Shown piece by piece: positions 51,579 through 64,000 of a DNA stretch of 64,000 bases (position 1 is its first letter; every line of letters begins with the position of its first letter). A program made the position numbers and the translations under genes. This DNA is from Mobula hypostoma (lineage: Eukaryota), in NCBI RefSeq assembly GCF_963921235.1, contig NC_086097.1, positions 233,060,001 to 233,124,000 of the forward strand, read 5' to 3'. The notes below the pieces were generated by a model, which was given only the letters and a program-made list of their open reading frames with translations, searched no databases and was not told the origin of the DNA.

Positions 51579-53374
51579 AAACTCTTTATGGCAGTAAGAA
51601 TTGAACACTTATTGGTGATTGGTGCTCTAAAGCAATTGCATTAGCCACTACATGAGGATAAATATAATTTATGCCCATGAGGATAAATATAATTTATAGT
51701 TTATCAAACAACTGGCTTTTTCCTTTGCCCACTGTACAGTGAATGGATTGCCAATATACTTCATCAGCAACCTTTTGATATTTGTGAGATAATGTGATAT
51801 CAATCCTAAAGAGCTATTCGCAGTATCTTGTGATGGATAGATTTGGATATTAAATTGGCAAGATCACCAAAGTAGGTGTGGGCATTGATTTCTATAATTA
51901 ATCTGTCATCTTTTACTTCCATTGTTGGCTGTAGGCCTATTTTATAATTTCAAGATACAGTAAGTACGGAGCCAATATAATTTGTTATTACAATGTAGAA
52001 GGCGGCCATTCAGCGTATTAATTCCATGCTGTTTTCCAGAATATTCCCAGTCAGTTCTTCTTCCACATTTTCTCTCACATGTCCATTATATACACCCACA
52101 CCCCCCCCGTTTTCTCTTTACTCAGCGACACTAAGATAATTTAAAGTTCAAAGTTCAAAGTACATTTATTATCAAAGTAAGTATACATTATACAACCTTG
52201 AGATTCATCTCCTTACAGACAATCACCAAAAAAAAGAAACCCAGAAGAGCCTATATAAAAAAAACATGAAGACTGTCAACCACCCAAACAAGAATTTACA
52301 GTGGCCAAAGAATCTATCAACAATTGTTTGGGGATGTGGGAGGAAATTTCATCATCATCTACAGAAACCCGTGCGGGGGTGGGGTGTAAACCCTTCACAG
52401 GTGGTAACAGAGGTTAGTTTTGTGCCTGGGTTTTTATAATGCGATGACAGCAGCACTACCTGCTGTGGCGCTCTGCACTCTGCACTCTGCCCTCTCTCCC
52501 CCTCCCCCTGAAACATGATATCAAAAGCTATATCACTTAGATATCCTGCACGACTTCCTTAAGGGAAGATACACCGCGGTGGAGGTTGTGGAAACTATTC
52601 TGTAATTGAAGTGTGGAACAATATAGAGTGGTCCTTTCCAAAACCCATTGGAAGAAGATGGGGCAGGAAGGATCTGATCCAGAGATGGGTGGACCAGGAA
52701 GCTTTTCCAAACACATTCGGAATGTGATGTTGCACCGACCCGTCAGCCTTCAGTTGTGGGAAATGTTGGAGCACCAGCAGGGCTCTAGCAAAGAGCAGGT
52801 GTGGCTGAATGATCTGACGTGCTTTAAGGAGACAGGGATCCCTAGTAATGGCGGCCTGAAGATTACAGTATTCTCTTACCCGATCCCGTTTCCCTCACCT
52901 CACTCTCTTCTCTCGTCTAACAAATTACGTTGACTGGCTAACTGTATATGGTGTAAACCCTCAAAATCCTGTCACAGCAGACACAGTGTTTCTTTCCTCA
53001 GATAGCCATGACCTGACCAGGAGAGCAAGGGGCCACAAAAAGCGTGACTGTTGGCAAGTGTAGGTGCAGTTACCAATGCTATGTGTGCCCAACCGGTTCA
53101 TTTAGTAGCGGGATCCATGTTGGGTGGGATTCTGTAGCAGGGATCAGGCACAATGGAGCTGACTGCTGGAGACTCAGATGGGGCAGCTTGATGAAGAATG
53201 GTGATGCCCTGGGGTTTTTTTGTTTTCAGTACAAATACTCACTGAAAATAGCAGCTGTTGAAGAGCACAGGCCTCCTCATGTTATCCAAGTGAGTGTTAT
53301 CCACGAGCTCAATTTTTCCCACAAACAGGACTCATCCCGAGAGCTCTCCGTATTCCTATATCAATCTTATTGAG

Positions 53375-55038
53375 ATGTATGAGATGGAGGAACTGAGCGA
53401 AATACATGTTAGTAGGGAAGTGGTGTTAGGTAAATTGAAGGGATTGAAGGCAGATAAATCCCCAGGGCCAGATGGTCTGCATCCTAGAGTGCTTAAGGAA
53501 GTAGCCCAAGAAATAATGGATGCATTAGTGATAATTTTTCAAAACTCGTTAGATTTTGGACTAGTTCCTGAGGATTGGAGGGTGGCTAATGTAACCCCAC
53601 TTTTTAAAAAAGGAGGGAGAGAGAAACCGGGGAATTATAGACTGGTTAGCCTAACATCGGTGGTGGGGAAACTGCTGGAGTCAGTTATCAAGGATGTGAT
53701 AACAGCACATTTGGAAAGCGGTGAAATGATCGGACAAAGTCAGCATGGATTTGTGAAAGGAAAATCATGTCTGACGAATCTCATAGAATTTTTTGAGGAT
53801 GTAACTAGTAGAGTGGATAGGGGAGAACCAGTGGATGTGGTATATTTGGATTTTCAAAAGGCTTTTGACAAGGTCCCACACAGGAGATTAGTGTGCAAAC
53901 TTAAAGCACACGGTATTGGGGGTAAGGTATTGGTGTGGGTGGAGAATTGGTTAGCAGACAGGAAGCAAAGAGTGGGAATAAACGGGACCTTTTCAGAATG
54001 GCAGGCGGTGACTAGTGGGGTACCACAAGGCTCAGTGCTGGGACCCCAGTTGTTTACAATATATATTAATGACTTGGATGAGGGAATTAAATGCAGCATC
54101 TCCAAGTTTGCGGATGACATGAAGCTGGGTGGCAGTGTTAGCAGTGAGGAGGATGCTAAGAGGATGCAGGGTGACTTGGATAGGTTGGGTGAGTGGGCAA
54201 ACTCATGGCAGATGCAATTTAATGTGGATAAATGTGAAGTTATCCACTTTGGTGGCAAAAATAGGAAAACAGATTATTATCTGAATGGTGGCTGATTAGG
54301 AAAAGGGGAGGTGCAATGAGACCTGGGTGTCATTATACACCAGTCATTGAAAGTGGGCATGCAGGTACAGCAGGTGGTGAAAAAGGCGAATGGTATGCTG
54401 GCATTTATAGCAAGAGGATTCGAGTACAGGAGCAGGGAGGTACTATTGCAGTTGTACAAGGTCTTGGTGAGACCACACCTGGAGTATTGTGTGCAGTTTT
54501 GGTCCCCTAATCTGAGGAAAGACATCTTTGCCATAGAGGGAGTACAAAGAAGGTTCACCAGATTGATTCCTGGGATGGCAGGACTTTCATATGAAGAAAG
54601 ACTGGATGAACTGGGCTTGTACTCGTTGGAATTTAGAAGATTGAGGGGGGATCTGATTGAAACGTATAAGATCCTAAAGGGATTGGACAGGCTAGATGCA
54701 GGAAGGTTGTTCCCAATGTTGAGGAAGTCCAGAACGAGGGGTCACAGTTTGAGGATAGAGGGGAAGCCTTTTAGGACCGAGATTAGGAAAAACTTCTTCA
54801 CACAGAGAGTGGTGAATCTGTGGAATTCTCTGCCACAGGAAACTGTTGAGGCCAGTTCATTGGCTATGTTTAAGAGGGAGTTAGATATGGCCCTTGTGGC
54901 TACAGGGGTCAGGGGGTATGGAGGGAAGGCTGGGGCGGGGTTCTGAGTTGGATGATCAGCCACGATCATGATAAATGGCGGTGCAGGCTCGAAGGGCCGA
55001 ATGGCCTACTCCTGCACCTATTTTCTATGTTTCTATGT
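53375..55038 (+). mobile_element. Young 5'-truncated CR1 (RT frame broken only by two TGA)
   Basis: [36 protein letters not shown] at 54293 and 54317; (ttctatgt)n tail. Confidence 0.95.
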
Positions 55039-55234
55039 ATTGTCCCTTTGTGCTTCCCAAGCCAAGAGAAGCTAGGCAAGGTAGAACAGTACTCAATCAG
55101 CACCCAGGCATCAGCTGTCAAACTACTGAGAGCCCTTTTCCTGGTCCAGAGCTTCCTGGCAGCATCTGGGAAGAGACAAGCTTATGCTTATGACATACCT
55201 CTTTTATATGAACTACTGACCTTTTAATTTCCCT

Positions 55235-56605
55235 TTAACAGTGTTGATGAGCAGAGGGATCTTGGGGTCGAAGTTCATAGCTCCCTGAACGTGGCTATGC
55301 AGGTGCTTTAGAAGGCGTATGGCGTGCTTGTCTTTAGTAGTCAAGGCATTGAGTTCAGGAGTCAATGGAGGGAGGGAGGAGAAGATGGTGCGCGGCCTCT
55401 CCGGTGAATGATATCTGTAACCTGTCAAGTAGGGGACCATGCACAATTCTGATTTGATGGAGACGGACGTGAGGATGCGGAGGAACATTTGAAGAAACTT
55501 CTGAAATGCCCGCTTCGCTGCCGCTGCTACTGTGTGGTAACCGGAATCTCCAGAGCAGAAGGACCCGAATCCTCGCCTTTGCTTGTTTCAGCGACCGCAG
55601 CGAGGTCGATGGCGCTCGGGAGGCTGTATCGGAGGGGCTAGTCGGAGGCTCGAAGTTTTCGGATGGACAGAATCAGTGTCGGCTGTGGTCGGCTGCTTCC
55701 AAGGTATCGGCAAGTTGACGGTGCCTGGATGTTTATGGCAGGGAGTTTCTCCCTTTTGCCGCCGCTATCGGGGACTCGGGAGTCAATCGACTCGGGGACT
55801 TGGAGACCATTATTTTTACCGTGCCCATGGTTTGTTCTTTATCAAATTATGGTATTGCTTTGCACTGCTGTAACTATATGTTATAATTATGTGGTTCTGT
55901 CAGTGTTAGTCTTTGGTTTGTCCTGTTTGCTGTGATATCACTCTGGAGAAAAATTGTATCATTTCTTAATGCATGTATGCATTTCTAAATGACAATAAAA
56001 GAGGACCGAGTGTTCTCATAATCTTAAAAAAAAAGTCAAAGTTATTCTGCAGCTTTATAAAACTCTAGTATGGAATACAGTTGTGGTCACCCCATTATAG
56101 GTAGGATGTCAAGGATTTGGGGACGGTGCAGAAGTGGTTTACCAGGATGCTGCCTGGATTAGAGGTCGTGTACTACAACGAGAGTTAAGACCAACTTGGG
56201 TTGTTTTCTCTGGAGCTGCGGAGACTGAGGGAAGACCAGGTAGAGGTTTATAAGATTATGAGAGGCATAGATAGAGTAGTCAGGTAGTACCTTTTTCCAG
56301 TGTTTGAAATGCCTGCTACCAGAGGGCATGCATTTAGCATGAGAAAGGGTAATTTTAAAGGAGATGTTAGAGGCAAGTTTTTTTACACAGAGAGTGGAGG
56401 GTGCTCAGAATATTCTGGCTGAGGTGGTGGTAGTGACTTTTAAGAAAAGTTTAGATAGGTACATGAATGTGAGAGGAATGGAGGGAAATGAACATTGTTT
56501 AGGCAGAGAGGATGAGATTAGTGGCTATTTGTTTACTAATATATTTGGTTTGCCATAACATTGTGGGCTAAAGGGCCTTTCCCTGAGCTGTACTGTTCTA
56601 TGTTC
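55235..56605 (+). mobile_element. Old CR1 3' fragment interrupted at 55366-56033
   Basis: ggcattgagttcaggagtcaa continues as agtcaaagttattctgcagctttataa; tail tgttctatgttc. Confidence 0.75.
55372..56023 (+). mobile_element. ~625-bp non-autonomous retroelement family, copy 2
   Basis: ggaggagaagatggtgcgc...aataaaagaggaccgagtgttctcataatct; flanking repeat agtcaa at 55360-55365 and 56034-56039. Confidence 0.8.
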
Positions 56606-56794
56606 AAGGTTTTCTGTACCTCCTCACATATTTGTACATCATTTGTCCGTATCGACTGCACTTTCTCCGTACATTTGATGCAATAATTTACATTCTGTTT
56701 TCTCTTTTTTGATCCACAGCATATTATGTATGAAATGATCCACTTGGAAAGCTCACAAACAAAAGCCTTTCACTGTACTTCGGTACCTGTGACG

Positions 56795-58845
56795 TTGTGC
56801 CAGATGTTGATGGGTGTGAGGGAAGAGAAATGAGTGCAGTTACTCTTACAAGGGAGAAGAGGCACAAAAAGCTGGAAGACTTAAGGGTACATATGTCACC
56901 CAGACCAGATGAACTGCACCCTAGGGTTCTGAAAGAGGTAATGATAGAGATAGTGGAGGCATTAGATTAGATTGGATTAGATTATGAGGACAATCAGTCC
57001 TCGTTTATTGTCATTCAGAAATGCATGCATTAAAAATGATATAATGTTCCTCCAGTATGATATCACAGAAACACAAGACAGACCAAGACTAAAACTGACA
57101 AAAACCACATAATTATAACATATAGTTACAACAGTGCAAAGCAATACTGTAATTTGATAAGAGCAGACCATGGGCACAGTTTAAAAAAAAGTCTCAAAGT
57201 CCCGATAGCCCCAACATCTCACGCAGACGGTAGAAGGGAGAAACTCTCCCTGCCATAAACTTCCAGCGCTGCAAACTTGCCGATGTAGCACCCTGGAAAC
57301 ACCCAAAGTCCGTCGGAAAACTTCGAGCCTCCGACCAGTTCTCTGACACCAAGCACCGAGCACCATCTCTGCCGAGCGCTTCGACCCCATTAGTAATGAT
57401 CTTTCAAAAATTATTGGACTCGCATGGTGCCAGAGAACCGGAAATTTGCAAATGTCACTCCACTCTTTAAGAAAGGAGGAACACAGCTGAAAGGAAATTA
57501 TAGATCAGTTAGCCTGACCTCAGTGGCTGGGAAGATGTTGGAGTCAATTGTTACGGATGAGGTTATGAAGTACTTGGTGACACAGGACAAGATAGGACAA
57601 AGTCAGCATGGTTTTTTTAAGGGAAAATCTTGCCCCACAAACCTGTTGAAATTCTATGAGGAGATTACAAGCAGGATAGATAAAGGGGGTGTAGTGAATG
57701 TTGTATATTTGGTCTTTCAGAAAGCCTTTGACAAGGTGACATACATGAGGCTGCTTACCAAGTTAAGAGCCCATGGAATTACAGGAAAGTTGCTGGCATG
57801 GTGAGAACATTGGCTGATTGTTAGGAGGCAGGAATGAGAATAAAAAGATCCTTTTCTGGTTGGCTGCCTGTGACTTGTGGTGTTCCCTAGGGGTCAATGT
57901 TGGGACCACTTCTTTTTATGCTGTATATCAATAACTTAGATGTTGGAATAGATGGGTTTGTTGCCAACTTTGCAGAGGATATGAAGATTGGTGAAGGGGA
58001 AGGTAGTGTTGAGGAAACAAGAAGGCTGCAAAAGGCTTTAGACAGATTAGGAGAATGGCCAAGAATGTGGCAAATGAAATACAATGTCGGAAAATGCATG
58101 GTCATGCATTGTAGTGGTAGAAATAAATGTGCAGACAATTTTCTAAACTGGGAGAAAATTCAAAAATCTGAGATGCAGAGAGACTTGGGAGTCCTGGTGC
58201 AGAACACTCAAAAGGTTAACTTGCAGGTTGAGTCAATGGTGAGGAAGACAAATGCAATGTTAGCATTCATTTCAAGAGCAGGAATGTAATGCTGAGGCTT
58301 TATAAGGCACTGGTGAGGCCTCACTTTGAGTATTGTGTACAGTTGTGTTCTCCTCATCTAAGAAAAGATGTACTGGCATTGGAGAGGGTTCAGAGGAGGT
58401 TCATAGAATGATTCCAGGAATGAAAGGGATATTGTATGAGGAACGTTTGAAGACTCTGGGTCTGTACTCGCAGGAATTTAGAAGGATGAGGGGGGATCTC
58501 ATTGAAGTCTTTCGAATGTTGAAAGGTCTAGACAGAATACATGTGAAAAGGATGTTTCTCATAGTGGGAGAGTCTAGGACAAGGGGGCACAGAGATGCAG
58601 AGAAAATTATTTAGCCAGGGAATGGTGAATTTGTGGAATTTGTTACCACAGGCAGCTGTGGAGGCCAGGTCGCTTGGTGTATTTAAGGAAAAGATTGTTA
58701 AGTTCCTGATTGGACACAGTATCAAAGGTTACAGGCAGAAGAGCAGGGAGTGGGGCTGAGGAGGGGAAAAAGGACCAGCCATGATTGAATGGCAGAGCAA
58801 ACCTGATTGGCTAAATGACCTAATTCTGCTCCTATGTCTTACAGT
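56795..58845 (+). mobile_element. CR1 RT-to-3' fragment
   Basis: NVTPLFKKG, QHGF, FQKAFDKV, NFAEDMKIG. Confidence 0.88.
56966..57387 (-). mobile_element. ~625-bp non-autonomous retroelement family, copy 3 (5'-truncated)
   Basis: (ctaat)n tail; TSD cattag at 56960-56965 and 57388-57393. Confidence 0.82.
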
Positions 58846-59444
58846 CATAAAAATAAACCAATTACCAGTCACCAGCCATGCCTCGCCTGCTGTCGAAACC
58901 TGTGGAACGTTGCCATTGTTCTTAAATGGTCCATATATGGAGAGATATTTCAATCATAATAAATAATGAAAAGGATTAACATTTCTGAACTTAGTTTTGT
59001 CTTCCTAATTCTTAGGTCAGAAGTAATTTGTTACATGTACATCAAAACAGTGAAACACACAATGCAATGCATTGTTTGCATCAACAACCTGCACTGCCCG
59101 TGGATAACAGGCATAGATTGATGATAAGAGGCACAGATCAAGTGGACAGCCAGTGATATTTCCACAGGGCAGAAATAGCTAATACAAGGGGGTATAACTT
59201 TAAGGTGTTTGGAGGATAATATGGGCAGGGGTGTGTCAGGAGTGGATTTTCTTAACACAGAGAGGGGTAGATATGTGAAGCACCCTGTCAGGGGTGGTGG
59301 TAAAGGATATTACATTAGGAACATTTAAAATGGAGGGCTGTGTAGGAGGGAAGGGTTTGATTGATCTTGGAGTAGGTTAAAGGGTTGGAACAACATAATG
59401 GACCCAGGGGCCTGTACTGTGCTGTAGTGTTCTACTTCTCTATT

Positions 59445-59688
59445 GCTGGGGACAGCCCACAAGTGTCACCATGTTTCTGGCATCAACATAGCATGCCCAC
59501 AGCACAACTTTTACCTGTACGTCTTCGGAACTTGGGAGGAAACTAGAGCACCTGGAGGAAACCCATGTGGTCACGGGCAGAGTGTATAGCCTTCTTACAG
59601 AGAGCAGTGGGAATCGAATCCAAATGGTGATCATAAGATCACTGGCACGGTAAAGCATTACACTAACTCTCATGCTACGGTGCTACCC
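59445..59688 (-). mobile_element. V-domain SINE
   Basis: Plus-strand gggaggaaactagagcacctggaggaaaccca and gggaatcgaatc (B box, reversed). Confidence 0.75.
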
Positions 59689-59732
59689 TCATGCCCATTG
59701 AAATGACTGCAGAGTTTGATCCCATACTAGTA

Positions 59733-59808
59733 GGATGGGAGAAACAGATTTGCAAGCATTGTAGTCTGAAATTCGGCAATGCTGGCACATCTGTTATTGC
59801 TTCTGTCC
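59733..59808 (+). ncRNA. Pri-miRNA-like hairpin (unrecognised)
   Basis: 20-position upper stem with two mismatches, 13-nt loop, 9-bp basal stem with G-U pairs. Confidence 0.25.
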
Positions 59809-61356
59809 AGGATAGGTATACCAGAGAGCAGGCAAAAACCAACAGTTCCCTTTGGAACTGTCACCCAGAGCTACTTCGATTCAACTGAGAAAAGCCATGG
59901 AATAGATAGTTTGTCATGCAACATCATACAATAGGGGGAGATAATCCATATAATACCAGGACCCGATCTCACCTTTTCTTAGAAGTTAAAATCAGCTTCA
60001 TTCTATTTCAGTAAATTTGGCCATCCTTTGTGTTTGTAAAAGGGGGATGTCATGTAATGATTTATTGAGTTAAGGTGTCCAAACATCCTTAACAGTACAG
60101 ATGGCAATGTAGAATGAAAGCAGAACCATAAAACTCATTAATATTGGACTCCATGTATGATGCTTGGGAGCAGCTGTGACTTCTAATTATTTCTTAATAT
60201 TTACATAACTTTTTGAGATTTGGTTGGATGAAAAAGATACAGCTTTGAGAAGATACATAATAAAATATTCTCTGATTTCTTTGTGATACCCAGAAATCAG
60301 AAACAACAAAACAAATGTAAGATGGATGAATGAGATCAGTCATTAGTTATATAATCCTCACAACTCTGAATTAATTGACTGTAGCAATTTCAATATTAAC
60401 AGCTTTGTACCACTGACCAAAGTCAAATTGTGCCTTACCCAACTCAACACTTCCTCAAATATATCTGACACTTTTGAACGTATATTCATGAGTTTCCTTA
60501 AACATTTAAGGTAAATATTATTGTGAGTTTGACTCATAAAAATAATTAACTTCTTTCAGTCCAGGAGCATGGACACATAATTCCATAAAGGCCTAGACAG
60601 AGTGGATGTGCAGAAGATGTTTCCTTTAGTGGGTGAAGCTAGGACCAGAGGGCACAGCCTCAGAATGAGAGATGTCCAGTTAGAACAGAGATGAGAAGGA
60701 GCTCCTTTAGCCAGACGGTGGTGAATCTGTGGAGGCCAAGTTATTAAGTATATTTAAAGCAGAGGTTCATAGGTTCTTGGTTAGTCAGGGCGTCAAAGTT
60801 TACAGTGAGAAGGCAGGAGAATGGGGTTGAGAGGGATAAAAGTCATTCATGATGGAATGGTGGAGCAGACTCGGTATACTAACTTGCTCAGATAATTCTG
60901 CTCCTATGTCTGATCTGACAGTCTTATAAATACCTTTTTCTCAAGGTTGAATTAAGGGAATTATTGTCAGATATTGTGCCCTCGACAACCCATTGAGGAC
61001 ATCTTCAAGAAGTGGTACCTCAAGAAAATGACATCCATCATTAAGAACCCTCGCCATCTGGGACATGCTCTCTTCACGGTACGAGCATGCGAAGGAGGCA
61101 CAGGTGTCTGACCACCCACAGAAGAACAGCTTCTTCCCACCCGCCATCAGAGTTATGAATGGTCCAGGAAACCATGAACACTACCTCATTTTTCATCTTT
61201 TGCATTACTTATTTATTTTCAAATTTATAATAACTTTTATGTCTTGCACTGTATTGCTGCCTGAAAATGCTACATTTCACAGCGTGTGTTATTGATAATA
61301 AACCTGATTCTGATTCTGTATTGGATGGCTTTGATATCTCATGAGCTACATCATCT

Positions 61357-61940
61357 CAAACATAGAACAAAATAGCACAGTGAAGGTACTTTGACCCACA
61401 ATGTTGTGCTGACCTTTTAACCTGCACTAAAATTAATCCAACCCTTCCTTTCTGCACAAGGCTCCATTCTTTTACATCCATGTGAGTACGTAAGAGCATC
61501 TTAAATGCCCCTAATGTATCTGCCTCAACCACCACCCCTGACAGAGCATTCCATGCACCCATCACTCTCTTTGTAAAGAACATTGCCCCCAAACGTTCCA
61601 CCAATTGCACTTAAAATTATAGAAGAAGAAACTCCGAGTGGAGTCATCAGGACACTGTCCCCCTGTATAACTATTTCTGCCTTGGGGAAAGCGACTCTGA
61701 CGATCCACTCTATGCCTTTTAGCATCTTGTACACCTCAATCAAGTCACCTCTCATCCTCCTTTTTCAGAGAAAAGCCCTAGTTCGCTCAACCAATCTTCA
61801 TAAGACGTACTCTCTAGTCCAGGCAACATCCTGGTGCATCTCCTCTGTGCTACCTCTAAAACTAGCATGTACTTCCTATAATGAGGCAAACAGAATTGAA
61901 CACAATATTCCAAGTGTGATTTAATTAGGATTGTATAGAG
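61357..61940 (-). mobile_element. CR1 3' fragment
   Basis: MRGDLIEVYKMLKG, FFTKRVMGAWNAL; tail ttctatgt. Confidence 0.8.
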
Positions 61941-62499
61941 TCATAGAGAAGTACAACACAGAAAAACAGGCACTTCAGCCCATCTAGTCATTGCTGAAAC
62001 CATTTAACCTGACTACTCCCATCGACCTGCACCAAGGCCATAGACCTCCATACTCCTGGTCCGTGTGCAGGTCAGTGGGACTAGGCAGAAAATGGTTCGA
62101 CACAGCCAAGAAGGGCCAAAGGGCCTGTTTCTGTGCTGTAGTTTCTATGGTACCTATTCAAACTTCCCTTAAACATTGAAATCGAGCTCGGATGCATCAC
62201 CTGTGCTGACAGCTCATTCTACACTCTCATAACCCTCTGAGTGAAGAAGTTTCCCCTCATGTTCCCCTTACACTTCTCACTTTTCACCCTTAACCCATGA
62301 CCTCTGGTTGTAATCTATGCACTCTGCACCATTAGGCACAGGCCTCCAGTCAGTCAGGCTTCTTCTGGTCAAGATGGCACAAATGCAGACACAGCTAAGA
62401 GTTAAGTTGTACTACGGAGGCAAAATTCAAAAGGGCGAAGAATGAGGGACTGAAGGTGCTGTAATTAAATGCCCACAGCATTCAGAGGGAGAAGCATAA

Positions 62500-64000
62500 G
62501 TCACATGTATGAGTATCGTAAGGGAATAAAGGGAATTACAGAGGTATGAGAAAGGAGCTTGCCCACGTGGATTGGAGGAAGATACTGATGGGAGTGACAG
62601 CAGAACAGATGTGGCTGAAGTTTCTGGGAATAGTTCATAAAGCCCAGGACAGATATGTCCCACAAAGTAAGAAGTTCTCAAATGGCAGAGGTAGGTAACT
62701 GTGGCTGACAAAGGAAGTTAATTACTGCATTAAAGCCAAGGATAGGGCGTATAATGTATGAAAAGTAAGTGGGAAGTTGGATAATTAGGAAACTTTTAAA
62801 AATCCTACAAAAGGCAACAAAAACGCTATAAGAGGGGAAAAGATGAAATATGAGGGCAAACGAGCCAGTAATAGAAATCTGGACAATAAAAGATTTTTCA
62901 GTTATATAAAGAGTAAAAAGGAGGTGAGAGTTGATATGGGACCACTGGAAAATGATGCTGGTGAGGTAGTAATGGAGGACAAATAAAAGGCAGATGAATT
63001 TAATGGATATTTTGCATCTGTTTTCACTGAGGATGACACTAGCAGTGTGCCAGAGGTCTGTGAATGTCAGGGAGCAGGACTGAGTACCATTGCTATTACA
63101 AAGGAAAGAGTGAAAGGCAGACTCAAAGGTCTTAAGGTGGATAGTCACCTAGGCCAGATGGACTACATCCCAGAGTCCTGAGAGAAGTTGCTGAAGAGAT
63201 ACGGATGCATTGGTTATGATCTTTCAAGAATTACTTGATTCTGGCATGGTTCCACAGGACTGGAAGATTGCAAATATCACTCCACTCTTTAAGAAGGGAG
63301 GAAGGCAAAAGAAAGGAAATTATAGACCAGTTAGCCTAACTTCAGTAGTTGGGAAAGTGTTGGAGTCCGTTATTAATGATAAGGTTTTGAAGTACAGTCC
63401 TTGGATACTAATGATAAAATAAGTCAAAGTCAGATGGTTTCTGTCTAGGGAAATCTTGTCTGACAAATCTGTTAGAGTTCTTCGAGGAAGTAGCAAGCAG
63501 CAGGGTGGACAAAGGAGAGATAGTGGATGTCATTTACTTGGATTTTCAGAAAGCATTTGGTTAGGTGCCACACATGAGGTTGCTTAACAAGATTAAATCC
63601 TATGGCATTACAGGAAAGATACTGGCATTGATAGCGGAATGGCTGATAGGCCAGAGGCAGCGAGTGGGAATAAAGGGGCCTTTTCTGGTTGGCTGCTGGT
63701 GATTAGTGATGTTCCTTAGGGGTCAGTATTGGGAACATTAACTTTTCACATTGTTTGTCAATAATTAAGATAATGGAATTGATGGCTTTGTGGCAAAGTT
63801 TGCAGATGGTGTGAAGATAGTGGAGGGGTAGGTAGTGCTGAGGAATCAATGCGATTGCAGCAGGACTTAGACAAATTGGAAGAATGGGCAAAAAAGTGGC
63901 AGATAGAATACAGTGTTGGGAAATGTATGACAATGCACTGTGGTAAAAGAAACAATAGTGCAGACTATTATCTAATTGGGGAGAAGGTTCAGACATCAGA
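62500..64000 (+). mobile_element. CR1 ORF2 fragment running off the window end
   Basis: DWKIANITPLFKKG..NYRPVSLTSVVGK and decayed RT motifs. Confidence 0.85.

Noticed and set aside
51651..51698. Tandem duplication of catgaggataaatataatttat
   Set aside because: Two-copy local duplication at a SINE edge with no sign of function.
52600..53370. Unassigned moderately GC-rich block with ~106-109 aa ORFs
   Set aside because: No recognisable domain or convincing splice signals; may be an ancient repeat.
53294..53375. N-terminus of the 333-aa RT ORF as a host-TE fusion
   Set aside because: Chance read-through from flank into a truncated CR1, with a non-ATG start.

Overview
Vertebrate nuclear DNA, not prokaryotic. 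The repeat content (CR1 LINEs, tRNA/V-domain SINEs with CR1 tails, Penelope-like elements, Rex1/Babar) points to a cartilaginous fish, possibly a ray; this is inferred from repeats only. Most of the window is nested, decayed transposable elements. There is no intact host protein-coding gene, rRNA, tRNA gene or CRISPR array, and the long ORFs are TE remnants or a minisatellite artefact. Highlights: (1) a 591-bp TSD-bounded RTE-derived element whose first base coincides with G1 of a predicted HDV/CPEB3-type ribozyme that has an unusual hairpin in L3 and almost no P4; (2) minimal hammerhead ribozyme motifs in Penelope 3' ends, one with an intact core; (3) a Sleeping Beauty-like Tc1 element with two 'right' ends, split by a near-full-length CR1; (4) a well-signalled 9-nt microexon on the minus strand, suggesting the window lies in large introns; (5) a twin-primed inverted L1 with a 15-bp TSD that carries a solo LTR; (6) a pri-miRNA-like hairpin. 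Family assignments come from recalled motifs, not database searches, and boundaries of old fragments are approximate.
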